Counted from the stretch's first letter, positions 53,254 through 63,863 are shown. The stretch: 64,000 nucleotides of DNA from Patescibacteria group bacterium (GCA_024277435.1 JAJRVJ010000010.1:23663-87662); one strand, 5' to 3'. The notes: a model not told the origin generated them from the letters alone. Program-made: numbers and translations.

Positions 53254-54758
53254 AGATCTTCGGGGGTGTAATGAAATACAAATACAAGCGTATCATCTAA
53301 CTCATAGAAATATTCAAATCGATTATAATTATACTTTCGTATTTTCTTTTCAAGATGACGGGTTTTTGTAGCGTTATATATTACCCAACCACTTTCTGCT
53401 TTTTTGAGTCTATCTACATACTCTTCGAATGCTAGGCTTTTATACTCCCCTAGCTCCTGAACGGGAATTGTATTATCGGGCCAATAATAATAACGTGGAT
53501 TTTGAATAAACACTGTTTCACCCTGCGTATAATTGCGCGATGCAAAGTCATACGCAACTTCTACATTAGCTTTATCTAGATCCTCGTGGGATTTATCAGC
53601 ATACGCTTGCTGTACTAAAAAGTTATCACGCGGTAATCCTGGAAACGATATCCATGGACCAACCAGTATAAAAAATACAGTGCCGATAATTATCTTACTC
53701 ACTCTCGAAACTGGCAAGAAACTCGTTAGTAATCGTACGGAATGATAGATGCCAAGAGAGATTATGATGTAGAACAGCGGGATAAGAAAACCAATATAGC
53801 GCTTAGCCTCCCAGCGGTGGCTTAAATAAATAAAATATCCTAACAATGAGAGAGAAACAACACTCACCAGACCCGAATAACTATTGAGTTTTTTAATATA
53901 TATAATACCCATCAGTAAGAAAAAGAATCCAAATTGTGGGATGTGCAATTCTGAAAATATATCATGCAAATATGTATAGTGTGGCAAATCACGAATAATG
54001 AATGCGCCAACAGGGATAAAATGCCAGCCAGCATAATGAACAATCACACCTATTAATGCTAATGCACTACCAATAATTAATGCATACACTAACCGTTTGT
54101 CTTGATCTGATTTTTTCCATAGATACATAACCGAACGTATCGCAATATATATTCCAATACCAATAGCAAGCGCAAACGCCAGCTCACGAAATACGACTAA
54201 GTTTATCAACCACACAATCGCCGTACTTATTGCGTAACACCACTGTTGCCGACGCTTTTCGCTGGTCATCCATTTATAAAACAGGAATACTATAGCAACG
54301 GTAAGCACAAACACCATGGTATACATTCTCGTAAACCGCGACATCTCGATCATAAAATTATCAAACAGCACGAGTATTCCCGCGCCGTATGCCACCCACG
54401 GATTACGCGTAGCAATCAGCGTTGTAATAATAATAAGTGGAATAAGTAACGCTCCCCATAATACAGCCGGCATACGAGCGCCCGTTTCATTTATTCCCAG
54501 CACACTCATTGATTGCGCTAATTGCCACATAAAAGGCTTGGCGCGCGTATATTCCTCCTCGACTTCTTCTGTATAAAAATTATATTGGCGGTACTCACCG
54601 GTTTCCATCCAGCCAACAGCTGTTTCGAATTGAAAATATTCATCATTATAAAAATTGATGGCATCCAAATTCGCAAATCGGAGCCAAAAACCAACCGCTG
54701 TTAATATCAGTAATAGTGGTATATGGATGAGGAGGTCTCTTCGGTGTAGACTTTTCAT
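53250..54758 (-). CDS. GT-C glycosyltransferase, PMT/ArnT (GT39/GT83)-like polyprenyl-P-sugar-dependent transferase
   Basis: First extracytoplasmic loop FYNDEYFQFETAVGWMETGEY (DE motif). Multiple TM helices. C-terminal soluble domain. Confidence 0.7.
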   Translation of the reverse strand: MKSLHRRDLLIHIPLLLILTAVGFWLRFANLDAINFYNDEYFQFETAVGWMETGEYRQYNFYTEEVEEEYTRAKPFMWQLAQSMSVLGINETGARMPAVLWGALLIPLIIITTLIATRNPWVAYGAGILVLFDNFMIEMSRFTRMYTMVFVLTVAIVFLFYKWMTSEKRRQQWCYAISTAIVWLINLVVFRELAFALAIGIGIYIAIRSVMYLWKKSDQDKRLVYALIIGSALALIGVIVHYAGWHFIPVGAFIIRDLPHYTYLHDIFSELHIPQFGFFFLLMGIIYIKKLNSYSGLVSVVSLSLLGYFIYLSHRWEAKRYIGFLIPLFYIIISLGIYHSVRLLTSFLPVSRVSKIIIGTVFFILVGPWISFPGLPRDNFLVQQAYADKSHEDLDKANVEVAYDFASRNYTQGETVFIQNPRYYYWPDNTIPVQELGEYKSLAFEEYVDRLKKAESGWVIYNATKTRHLEKKIRKYNYNRFEYFYELDDTLVFVFHYTPEDL

Positions 54759-54831
54759 TCGTTTTCAAGTATAATCTATCCGGCTTGGATGATCAACCGA
54801 GTTCAATTATTATTATGATATTCTTACAGAA

Positions 54832-56430
54832 ATGAGCAAAAAAGCCGTTGTTATCGGTCTAGATGGAGCCACCTTTAAACTCTTAGATCCGTTAATGAAA
54901 GAAGGTATAATGCCTAATCTTGCGAGTATTTCTAATGAAGGTACTCGAGCGGTGTTGAAGTCTACCATGCCACCTTACACAGCTCCAGCTTGGACAACCT
55001 TTGCAACTGGCGTAAATCCTGGAAAACATGGTTGTTACGACTTCCTACTTCCTACAGATAACCTAGAAGAGTTTGATTTATGCAATAGTACGTATATACG
55101 TACCGATACAGTGTATGAATTATTACACCAAGCAAATAAACGGTCTATTCTTATTAACTTGCCAAATAGCTTTCCGGCCAAGCTAGACTCCCCTACTATT
55201 ACAAGCTTACTTACTGTTGGTGATCAAGCAGTGTATCCGGAATCGTTAAAAGAAAAATATCCAGAATTGAAAAACTACCGACTAACTCCAGATGAGTCTC
55301 TGCAACTCAAAGGTAAAATTGATGAATATATTGACGACATCATAGAGGTTGAGAAGGGTCACATGGAAGCCGTACGAACACTCTGGGAAAATGAGGAGTG
55401 GGATTTTTTCTTCTATCTATTTTCTGCAACTGATTGGATTTCCCATGCAATGTTCGATAAATTATTGCACGACCGCCATCCGAAAGCCATGGAATTATTC
55501 AAATATATTGATGATCAAATAGGCTGGATTAAAGAGCGCCTACCTAAGGATACTAATTTATACGTTGTATCCGATCACGGCTTTAAAGTGTTCACAGAAA
55601 CATTTTATTTCAACAAATGGCTAGAAGAAGAAGGTTATCTCATAACGAAAACAGCGGATTCGGAAGCTTTTCATAGAGGCATCAGCAAGCAAGATGAACA
55701 ACGCAGGGCTATCCAAAATAGCAAGGCACTTAAAGTGAGTGTAAATAAAGACATGATGCGCTGGATTGGAAAAAGTAAAACTGTAGAGCGTGGCGCGAAA
55801 TGGTTTTATCATAAAGTAGCTAAACCGTTTTTACCCATCAAAATTAATTTGGATGTAATAATTGATTTTGAGAATACCAAAGTGTGTTTTCCAAAAGGTC
55901 GCACCATGACCGCTATTTATATTAACGACGGTAGAAAATATAACAACGGTAAACCACTCACAGATAATGAATATATTGCACTACGCGATGAGGTTATTGA
56001 AAAGCTAAGCAACCTGAAGGGGCCCGACGGAACGAATGTAACGCCTAAAGTATATACTAAGGAAGAAATTTATGGCGATAACGTTCCGGAACGCTGTCCT
56101 GATTTATTTTACGAATTTGGTGACTATTGGTTTGTAGGTCAATTCCATTCTAGTGAATTATTTGTTGATGAGGTTTCAAACAAACATGATGCATATGGAA
56201 TTTTTATTGCCTGGGGACCAGGTATTAAAAATGGTAAGGAACTTACCGAGCATAATATTGCGGATGTAACTCCAACGCTATTGCATGATATGGAGCAAGC
56301 TGTACCAAGTTATATGGATGGCGCAGTGATGGATATTTTTTCCTCACCACGCGATGTGCAAGTTGTTAAACGTAATTTAGTAAAAGATGTACAAGCACTT
56401 GATGAACTCATTGATTCAATTGATATTTAG
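54832..56430 (+). CDS. alkaline-phosphatase-superfamily NPP-type phosphodiesterase/nucleotide pyrophosphatase-like protein, paralog 1 of 3
   Basis: VVIGLDGATF. Catalytic-Thr region PPYTAPAWTTFATGVNPGKHG. Metal motif VSDHGF. C-terminal LIDSIDI. Confidence 0.75.
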   Translation: MSKKAVVIGLDGATFKLLDPLMKEGIMPNLASISNEGTRAVLKSTMPPYTAPAWTTFATGVNPGKHGCYDFLLPTDNLEEFDLCNSTYIRTDTVYELLHQANKRSILINLPNSFPAKLDSPTITSLLTVGDQAVYPESLKEKYPELKNYRLTPDESLQLKGKIDEYIDDIIEVEKGHMEAVRTLWENEEWDFFFYLFSATDWISHAMFDKLLHDRHPKAMELFKYIDDQIGWIKERLPKDTNLYVVSDHGFKVFTETFYFNKWLEEEGYLITKTADSEAFHRGISKQDEQRRAIQNSKALKVSVNKDMMRWIGKSKTVERGAKWFYHKVAKPFLPIKINLDVIIDFENTKVCFPKGRTMTAIYINDGRKYNNGKPLTDNEYIALRDEVIEKLSNLKGPDGTNVTPKVYTKEEIYGDNVPERCPDLFYEFGDYWFVGQFHSSELFVDEVSNKHDAYGIFIAWGPGIKNGKELTEHNIADVTPTLLHDMEQAVPSYMDGAVMDIFSSPRDVQVVKRNLVKDVQALDELIDSIDI

Positions 56431-56432
56431 TT

Positions 56433-58052
56433 ATGGCGGATACTTCAAAAAAAATTGCGGTAATTGGGCTAGATGGAACAACCTTTAAAATTCTTGATCC
56501 ACTCATAAAAAAAGGTAAGTTACCGAATCTTAAGAAAATCATGGACGGTGGCGTACGCGGCACACTATTATCCACAAAACCACCAGTAACAGCTCCATCG
56601 TGGACCACATTCGCTACGGGCGTGAATCCAGGAAAGCATGGCTGTTATGATTTCTTTCTGCCCGGTGATTCCATTGATGATTTCCGCCCAGCTAGCAGTG
56701 AGGAAATTAAAGTGCCTACTATTTACGAAATGCTACGCGACGCTGATAAAAAAGCTATTCTGCTAAACCTACCAAATTCATATCCTCCAAAGGTAAAAGA
56801 GTTCCCTACCGTAACTAGCTTAATGACGTATGGTGAAGAATACATTTTTCCTGCGAGCTTAAAAGAGAAGTACCCTGAACTTAAGGAATACATGTTAGCG
56901 CCGGATGAAAATATCAAACTATCTGAAGATATGGATACATATGTTCGACACATTGTTGATATCGATCGTAAACGCATTAAAGCCGTAAAGCGCATGTTCT
57001 TGGAAGAAGATTGGGATATGTTCTTCTTTTTGTTTTCTTCAACTGATTGGGTATCCCACTTGGTATTTTATGAAATGATGGAAGAAAATCATGTGGAAGC
57101 CATGAAGGCATTTGATGTGGTTGATGAATTTTTTGGTTGGTTGTTAGAGCATTTACCTGAGAAAACGAACCTCTACATTATGTCTGATCATGGATTTACC
57201 TACTATACTGAACTATTCTACATTAATCGTTGGCTTGAAGAAGAGGGCTACCTAACAACCAGTAGTGAAACTGGTTCGTTAGAAGAAAATGCCACTGTAC
57301 GACGTCGCAATCTCAACGCGGCTCGCGACAAAAAACAGATTCGCTTAAAAGTAAATAAACGTTTATTTAAAACCATTTTCTTTCATCCTGTATTAGAAGG
57401 AGCTGCTAAAAAATTCTTCAGGAAGGTTGTAAAGCGAGTTCTTCCAATTCATGTTGATGTAAATATTGGTTTGGATTTAGATAATACCCAAGTATGTTTT
57501 CCGCGTGGAAGCATGTTGCAAACCTTGTATATCAATTATGAAGGTAATTTTAAAGAAGGTATTATTAAAGATAAATCTGAATACGATAGAATTCGCAAAG
57601 AAGTTAAAGAAAAGTTAGAACAATTACGCACACCATCCGGAAAGCGCGTAACAGAACATGTATTCACAAAAGAAGAACTCTACGGCGATAACCCGCCAAG
57701 CCCATCACCAGATCTACATTGTTACACCAAAGATGTATGGATAGTTGGACACCTGCATTCAAAGAGTATGTTTGAAAATCACATCTCTAATAAGCACGAT
57801 GAGTTTGGCATCTTCATGGCGTACGGACCAGATATTCAAGCTGGAATTGAAATACCAGATGCCGATATGGCAGACCTATGCCCTACCATGCTCCATCATT
57901 TCGACATGCCAATCCCAGACTATACTGATGGTAAAGTGCTAGATATATTTACACCGGAATCTAACCCTGCTCAGCGAGCGCCACGCATCGAACGCATCAC
58001 GAAATCCGATAAAAAGGTGCTTACAGATTTGATTGATGATATTGATATTTAA
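56433..58052 (+). CDS. AP-superfamily NPP-type phosphodiesterase-like protein, paralog 2 of 3
   Basis: IAVIGLDGTTF, PPVTAPSWTTFATGVNPGKHG, MSDHGF, LIDDIDI. Collinear with paralog 1. Confidence 0.75.
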   Translation: MADTSKKIAVIGLDGTTFKILDPLIKKGKLPNLKKIMDGGVRGTLLSTKPPVTAPSWTTFATGVNPGKHGCYDFFLPGDSIDDFRPASSEEIKVPTIYEMLRDADKKAILLNLPNSYPPKVKEFPTVTSLMTYGEEYIFPASLKEKYPELKEYMLAPDENIKLSEDMDTYVRHIVDIDRKRIKAVKRMFLEEDWDMFFFLFSSTDWVSHLVFYEMMEENHVEAMKAFDVVDEFFGWLLEHLPEKTNLYIMSDHGFTYYTELFYINRWLEEEGYLTTSSETGSLEENATVRRRNLNAARDKKQIRLKVNKRLFKTIFFHPVLEGAAKKFFRKVVKRVLPIHVDVNIGLDLDNTQVCFPRGSMLQTLYINYEGNFKEGIIKDKSEYDRIRKEVKEKLEQLRTPSGKRVTEHVFTKEELYGDNPPSPSPDLHCYTKDVWIVGHLHSKSMFENHISNKHDEFGIFMAYGPDIQAGIEIPDADMADLCPTMLHHFDMPIPDYTDGKVLDIFTPESNPAQRAPRIERITKSDKKVLTDLIDDIDI

Positions 58053-58054
58053 AC

Positions 58055-59656
58055 ATGGGTGATACAAAGAAAAAAGTAGTTGTTATAGGGCTGGATGGAT
58101 CCAGCTGGGATCTTGTTGGGCCACTGATGGATAATGGACGGTTACCCAATATTTCGCGCATGGTAGATAAAGGAATGTCTACAATGATGGAATCTACCAA
58201 TCCAGCTCACAGTGCTCCGGCCTGGACCACGTTTGTTACCGGCGTGCAACCAACCGAGCATGGCTGCTTGGATTTCTTAACGGTAGATAAAGACATTGAT
58301 GACTTGCAATTGATTGATAGCACTAAGATTCCTCAAGAAACAATTTATGAAGCCATGAAACGTCATGGCCGAAAACCAATTTTAATTAACCTCCCAAATA
58401 CATATCCACCACGGCTAAAAAATACCACTACTATTACTAGCCTAATGACACGCGGTGATGATTTTATCTTTCCTACAAACCTCAAAGAAAAATACCCAGC
58501 TCTGAACGACTATCGCCTATCACCGAATCCTAAATTACGTATGAAGGATAACTTCGATCCGTACGTTAAGGATTTATGTGAACTGGAACGCAAGCGCATT
58601 GCTGCTAGTAAAGAAATTTTTGAAGGCGAAGACTGGGACTTCTTTTTCTATTTATCCTCAGGAACTGATTGGGTATCGCATGTAGTGTACGACAAGGCAT
58701 TATTAGAGCAATACGAACCCGCACTTCAGATGTGGGAAATTATGGATGAATACATTGGATGGATTATGAACAAACTTGATGACGATACAATACTCTATGT
58801 AATGTCCGATCATGGCTTTCGCGTGTATGATCATATCTTTTATGTAAATCGCTGGCTTGAACAGCAAGGATATCTATCAACCAAAGAAGGAACCGGATCG
58901 TTTCACAAAGACCATACGCAACTTTCCAAAGAAATTAGTAAGGCTCAGAAAAAACGTAAAGAAATCAAAGTTGGTAAAGGATTGCGCTCATTTTTATCAG
59001 CCTCCCCTACTTTGGAAAAAATTGCTAAATGGATCTACTTTAAAATCATAAAAAAGTTTATACCAATTACTGTTACATTGGATTTACAATTAGATTTAGA
59101 AAATACCAAAGTTGCTTTTCCTCGCGGATCGATGGCTACAATGCTTTACATTAATAACAAAGAGCGCTTTACCAAAGGAACAGTAACTCAAGAAGAGCGC
59201 GAAGAACTTCAGCAGAAACTTGTTGATGAATTACAAGCTGTCCGTGATAGCGCTGGCGAACCTGCCGTGCGCAAGGTAATGAAAAAGGAAGATGTCTACG
59301 GGGAAAGTGGTATCCCAACGGCACCCGATGTATTTTTACAACCAGGTAAGTACTATCTTTCAGGGTCACTCCATTCATCGTCTGTATATGAAAACGTGCG
59401 CAAAAATTATCATGATGAACGCGGAATGTTCATTGCCTACGGTAACGATATCGATCATCGCGATATGAACGACACACATATTATTCATATGGCGCCAACT
59501 ATCCTACATAGCATGGGATTACCACTGCAAGATCATTTTACAGGTTCAGTAATGGATATCTATTCACAACACAGTCCTCTACAAAACCCTTCAGAGAAAG
59601 AATCATTTGGTGATCATCACGCATTAAATACACTAATCGACGATATCGATGTCTAA
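58055..59656 (+). CDS. AP-superfamily NPP-type phosphodiesterase-like protein, paralog 3 of 3
   Basis: VVVIGLDGSSW, NPAHSAPAWTTFVTGVQPTEHG, MSDHGF, LIDDIDV. Collinear with paralogs 1 and 2. Confidence 0.75.
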   Translation: MGDTKKKVVVIGLDGSSWDLVGPLMDNGRLPNISRMVDKGMSTMMESTNPAHSAPAWTTFVTGVQPTEHGCLDFLTVDKDIDDLQLIDSTKIPQETIYEAMKRHGRKPILINLPNTYPPRLKNTTTITSLMTRGDDFIFPTNLKEKYPALNDYRLSPNPKLRMKDNFDPYVKDLCELERKRIAASKEIFEGEDWDFFFYLSSGTDWVSHVVYDKALLEQYEPALQMWEIMDEYIGWIMNKLDDDTILYVMSDHGFRVYDHIFYVNRWLEQQGYLSTKEGTGSFHKDHTQLSKEISKAQKKRKEIKVGKGLRSFLSASPTLEKIAKWIYFKIIKKFIPITVTLDLQLDLENTKVAFPRGSMATMLYINNKERFTKGTVTQEEREELQQKLVDELQAVRDSAGEPAVRKVMKKEDVYGESGIPTAPDVFLQPGKYYLSGSLHSSSVYENVRKNYHDERGMFIAYGNDIDHRDMNDTHIIHMAPTILHSMGLPLQDHFTGSVMDIYSQHSPLQNPSEKESFGDHHALNTLIDDIDV

Positions 59657-61112
59657 GGCACGCTATGTGCTCACAACTGTATCTCGCTTACTATCGGCAC
59701 GTTTACTATATCGCCTATTTTATGCGTTATCGGTTATCCTCGTTTCCAACTACCTTATTAGTGATCCGGCGCTTTTAGATGCGTTTGATGTAGCATCTGC
59801 TTCCGTAAGCATTATGATGATTGTTAGTGAAGTAGGAATGAGTATGGTGGTAATGCGCAGCGGCTCACAACATGATACGAAAAAACTTGAACGGTATTAT
59901 GGAACAGCCTTAGTTATTGAAACCGTTGCCTGGACAACACTATTTATTGGTGTACTTGGCGTATATGCCCTATCAGCGGGTTTTACCACTATGTTCTGGT
60001 TGTTAGCAATCTTAGGTATCGGACAGGCCATTATTCAATATCGAGTTGTATTTCGATCGATTTATCGTGTGTTATACAAAAAAGAATGGATCACATTTAT
60101 TGAAGTTATTGATGGAATATTGAAACTTATTGGTATTTTTCTTATTACAAAATTTATCATCGACCCTCAGTTAGGTATATTTGCCATTGCTGGGCTGTAT
60201 ACGGTAAGTACCATGGTATTTGTAGCTATTTATGGCTTAAATACATTTCGATACATTAAACCGAAGTATGAGCCTACCCTACTCAAGCCTATGCTTAAGG
60301 AGGGGACTTGGTTTAGCATGCAGGCATTGGTAATGACGGTGTATTTTGAGATTGATAAATTAATGTTGCGCCTTTTTCAATCCAACGATTGGGCTGATAT
60401 TGCTGATGGAGATATTGGAAGATACACAGCTGCCGCCCGTTTAGTGGTGTTCCTACTTATATTTCATCGAGTTGGATTACAAGTTATCACACCATATCTC
60501 TACGCCAATTTTAATAAAAATATGAAGCTCTATAGAAAAGTTACTGCCCTGTCTACCAAATATCTTGGCGCACTTGGTATTGGTATGGGGGTTGGATTAT
60601 TTATGCTGGGCGATCAAATTATTCGACTAATATATAAACCTGATCTCTGGCAATCTATTCCTGCACTGCAGTTATTTGGAGTATTTGTAGCCATTCGCTT
60701 CATTGGTATCACCTCTAGTCAAATTTTTGCCACAACAAACCAACAACCACTACGCACTAAGCTAGAATTTGGTAGTGTAGTATTCAATATACTGTTAGAT
60801 ATAGTAATGATTCCACTCTATGGTTTTATGGGTGGCGTTATCGCTACAGTAATCACTGAACTGTTATTACAAATAGTATTTTATGTCATCTCTAGAAAAT
60901 CGATTGCGGCAAGTATCTGGAAGCAGCTACAAGCCATTCTTCCTGCGATACTAGCCTCAGGTATCATGGCAGCATCAATCTTCGTACTCAAGCCATTTAG
61001 CCCAGTACTTCTTACTATACCAGTAGCTATGATTGTATACGCAATAGCGCTATATGGATTACGCTTTGTGAAACCACGTGAATTTACAATGCTACGAAAA
61101 GAAGCTAGCTAA
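59649..61112 (+). CDS. MOP-superfamily flippase (MurJ/Wzx-like)
   Basis: 487 aa, about 14 TM. The N-terminus VSRLLSARLLYRLFYAL...DAFDVA is reminiscent of MurJ. Confidence 0.65.
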   Translation: MSKARYVLTTVSRLLSARLLYRLFYALSVILVSNYLISDPALLDAFDVASASVSIMMIVSEVGMSMVVMRSGSQHDTKKLERYYGTALVIETVAWTTLFIGVLGVYALSAGFTTMFWLLAILGIGQAIIQYRVVFRSIYRVLYKKEWITFIEVIDGILKLIGIFLITKFIIDPQLGIFAIAGLYTVSTMVFVAIYGLNTFRYIKPKYEPTLLKPMLKEGTWFSMQALVMTVYFEIDKLMLRLFQSNDWADIADGDIGRYTAAARLVVFLLIFHRVGLQVITPYLYANFNKNMKLYRKVTALSTKYLGALGIGMGVGLFMLGDQIIRLIYKPDLWQSIPALQLFGVFVAIRFIGITSSQIFATTNQQPLRTKLEFGSVVFNILLDIVMIPLYGFMGGVIATVITELLLQIVFYVISRKSIAASIWKQLQAILPAILASGIMAASIFVLKPFSPVLLTIPVAMIVYAIALYGLRFVKPREFTMLRKEAS

Positions 61113-61376
61113 CGTACCAAGCGCAAAAAATATCAATATAATTGTTAGCAACGCTTTCGCTAACATGCTAATAACCTCACCAACAGCACTGCGTTGCTTC
61201 TTTTTTAATTTAGATTGCTTACGCGATACAACCATGAATAACCCATACGCTAAAGTAACGCAAATAAATAGCGGGATTTTCCAAATAGTAGCTACTAAGT
61301 AAGCATACAGTACGCCAAATACCGTAACCATACCAAAGCTCATCCATACCGCTTTCTTGCTCTGCAAAAAATTCAT
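61092..61376 (-). CDS. small membrane protein (2-3 TM), unknown function
   Basis: 94-aa hydrophobic ORF downstream of the CDP-alcohol phosphatidyltransferase gene. Confidence 0.35.
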   Translation of the reverse strand: MNFLQSKKAVWMSFGMVTVFGVLYAYLVATIWKIPLFICVTLAYGLFMVVSRKQSKLKKKQRSAVGEVISMLAKALLTIILIFFALGTLASFFS

Positions 61377-61390
61377 AGCAGTGAAGGTTA

Positions 61391-62146
61391 TTATACTAAG
61401 GGTGTCGTTGATGTTCTATCAGCCTTATTGGAATGCTTATATGTGCTGAATAATTGTTTTACTAAGAGTAGTGGCACAGGAAGTAGCATTAACCACAGTA
61501 CATAGTACTCTAACCATAATAACGCGCCGAATGCTAATATAATAGTGATAACATCTACCGTTCCAATATGCAACCCAGATTTTAATACAATTTCCGGTTT
61601 ACGTTTTTCTAGAAAAATACTCTTCTTGGCTTCTCGTAAATATCCAACAAGTAAGTGACCAACTGATGCAGTAAATGCTAAATAGATCACCCATGGACTA
61701 TGCCCTACGCTACCGCTTAGCAATACCTCCCAATTCATAGGATCAACAGAAATAGGTGCAAAGTTATATAGCTGAATACCAATTGCCATGAACCATAGTA
61801 CCTCCTTAGTGCGATCAGATATACTATCAAACCAAATACCAAATTTACTACCACGACCAGTCATCCGAGCAACCTCACCATCCGAGCAATCTAATGAAAA
61901 TGATAATTGAATACAAATAAATGCCAGTATTCTCCCCCACCAGGCAGGAGTAAGTAAACCAATTGCACCAACTACACCAACAATGAACGATAAAATTGTA
62001 ACGTCTGGAGCAGTAATCCCTGGGACGTGTCGCAATAGTACATAGGTAAGCCGCTTTGAGATTCTACGGTAAATGAGACGACTAAATATACTATCGTGCG
62101 GTTGTTGATATTGCTTTATTTCGGCAACGGATTGTGTAATAGGCAT
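61391..62146 (-). CDS. CDP-alcohol phosphatidyltransferase family protein
   Basis: Signature DCSDGEVARMTGRGSKFGIWFDSISDR (D-G-x2-A-R-x8-G-x3-D-x3-D). Polytopic. Confidence 0.8.
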   Translation of the reverse strand: MPITQSVAEIKQYQQPHDSIFSRLIYRRISKRLTYVLLRHVPGITAPDVTILSFIVGVVGAIGLLTPAWWGRILAFICIQLSFSLDCSDGEVARMTGRGSKFGIWFDSISDRTKEVLWFMAIGIQLYNFAPISVDPMNWEVLLSGSVGHSPWVIYLAFTASVGHLLVGYLREAKKSIFLEKRKPEIVLKSGLHIGTVDVITIILAFGALLWLEYYVLWLMLLPVPLLLVKQLFSTYKHSNKADRTSTTPLV

Positions 62147-62155
62147 AACTAACGG

Positions 62156-63853
62156 TTATTCATCTTTAACCCGATACAGTTCGCCAGCAGGCTGAAACGA
62201 AAAATCAAATGTATCAAGTATTTCTAGATCTAATAAAATACGCAAACGCTGTTCATCTGCGTTAGCACTACCATCATACCATAAATAGAGGTCGTGTGTC
62301 TCCTGTAAGTCCTGTAAAAATGGAAGCATCTCATCTAACGGTGGGCGTTCCTTGGGTTTTCGTGGAAATCGTATCACCCGCAAATTAGAATGCGTCATAA
62401 TCATTTCAGATAACCCAGATTTCCATGATCCTACCATAAGCAGTAATGGCTGTTTATCACCAATATGATTATCTTCTACTGATTGCGCGATCGCCTTAAC
62501 AGTATGTAAGTCATCACGACTAAGCGCTTTAAACACCTGCTGCTGACCTTGAATATGTTCCTGGCGCTTCGCTAACGATGGCTGCTGGGACACAAAAAAT
62601 GAGATAACAATCACCAACGCAATGAGTGACCAAGTCATTCGGGATAATTCAAGTTTCTTCCTGATATATACTAATGTAGCAACCATTCCAAATGCCGCAC
62701 TGATAGCGATGGCTGGTAATAGTGGCAATATGTAACGCGCGTAAGGATTGATCCATGCGCTGAATAGTATGAAAATCACTGCAAACCAACTACCTAATAA
62801 GTAAGCTTGCTTGCGATCTTGCTTCCATAAAAACAGTAATCCTAATAGCGCTGCCAGCAATAATGGTGGCCAGTCGCTAAATTGCTGCATTACGCCCCAA
62901 TACTGATTTACACCTCCAACACCAGGCCGGAACTTACCTTGGTTATTATAGAGATTCTGAATACTTAATGACTGCACGTGATCGAAGTTTGATGTAATAG
63001 CAATGCTAGAAATATCCTTAGCACGAAATTTTTCTTTATGCTCGGTTATTGCCGCAGAATTCCAGATTGACAATGATGCCGCTAATACAAGACCGATAAA
63101 AAATACTCCCAATAGTTTGGCGCGTGCTTTCCACTCTTTCTTTTTAATCCCATAAAAAAACCATATCACTATTGGTAATAACAATATTCCACTAGTTTCG
63201 CGAATATTAATACTGTATCCATACGCTAAGCCTGCGCCCAGTAGTATACTTATCCCAATCCATCGATACTTCCATTTCCGTAGCCCAAGAATAATACCCA
63301 CGAATGCTAACATAAAGAAAAACATTGATGGAATCTCTCGCATTGGCTGCGATACAGCATAGTTCGCATACAAATTAGCCATACCAACTGTAACAGCGCT
63401 CATAATACCAATAACGCGCTGCAGAGCCGGCGTTGTACATATCATTAACAATGCCAATACATAGGTTAGTAATACTACACCTACGGCCAATATAGGCACT
63501 AATACGTACATTAATTCATCAGATCCAGATACCTCAGCAGTAAGATACAATAAGAAGCCCAGTCCAATTGGGTATCGTGAAGCTATCCAACCATCTGGTG
63601 AAATAATTTCATGATGTGTAGGAGCAACAAAGCGAGCTAATGGCTCATCTTCAAATGCACTAAATGCTGCTTGCACTAATGGATCCTGGCTCACCAATTC
63701 TTCACCATGCAAAAATTGCCCTGCTGTATAAATATACCCAGGAGAATCATCTCCCCACGAACCCCACGCATGGTTAGTGAGGTACATAAAACCAAACACC
63801 ACAGTTAACAGTAAAACGATGCTAAGATCGAAGAGATACCAATATCGTTTCAT
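62156..63853 (-). CDS. large polytopic membrane protein, possible GT-C-type glycosyltransferase
   Basis: 565 aa with more than 10 TM helices. No soluble catalytic domain. Located in the glycan cluster. Confidence 0.4.
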   Translation of the reverse strand: MKRYWYLFDLSIVLLLTVVFGFMYLTNHAWGSWGDDSPGYIYTAGQFLHGEELVSQDPLVQAAFSAFEDEPLARFVAPTHHEIISPDGWIASRYPIGLGFLLYLTAEVSGSDELMYVLVPILAVGVVLLTYVLALLMICTTPALQRVIGIMSAVTVGMANLYANYAVSQPMREIPSMFFFMLAFVGIILGLRKWKYRWIGISILLGAGLAYGYSINIRETSGILLLPIVIWFFYGIKKKEWKARAKLLGVFFIGLVLAASLSIWNSAAITEHKEKFRAKDISSIAITSNFDHVQSLSIQNLYNNQGKFRPGVGGVNQYWGVMQQFSDWPPLLLAALLGLLFLWKQDRKQAYLLGSWFAVIFILFSAWINPYARYILPLLPAIAISAAFGMVATLVYIRKKLELSRMTWSLIALVIVISFFVSQQPSLAKRQEHIQGQQQVFKALSRDDLHTVKAIAQSVEDNHIGDKQPLLLMVGSWKSGLSEMIMTHSNLRVIRFPRKPKERPPLDEMLPFLQDLQETHDLYLWYDGSANADEQRLRILLDLEILDTFDFSFQPAGELYRVKDE

Positions 63854-63863
63854 AGTAATTAAT

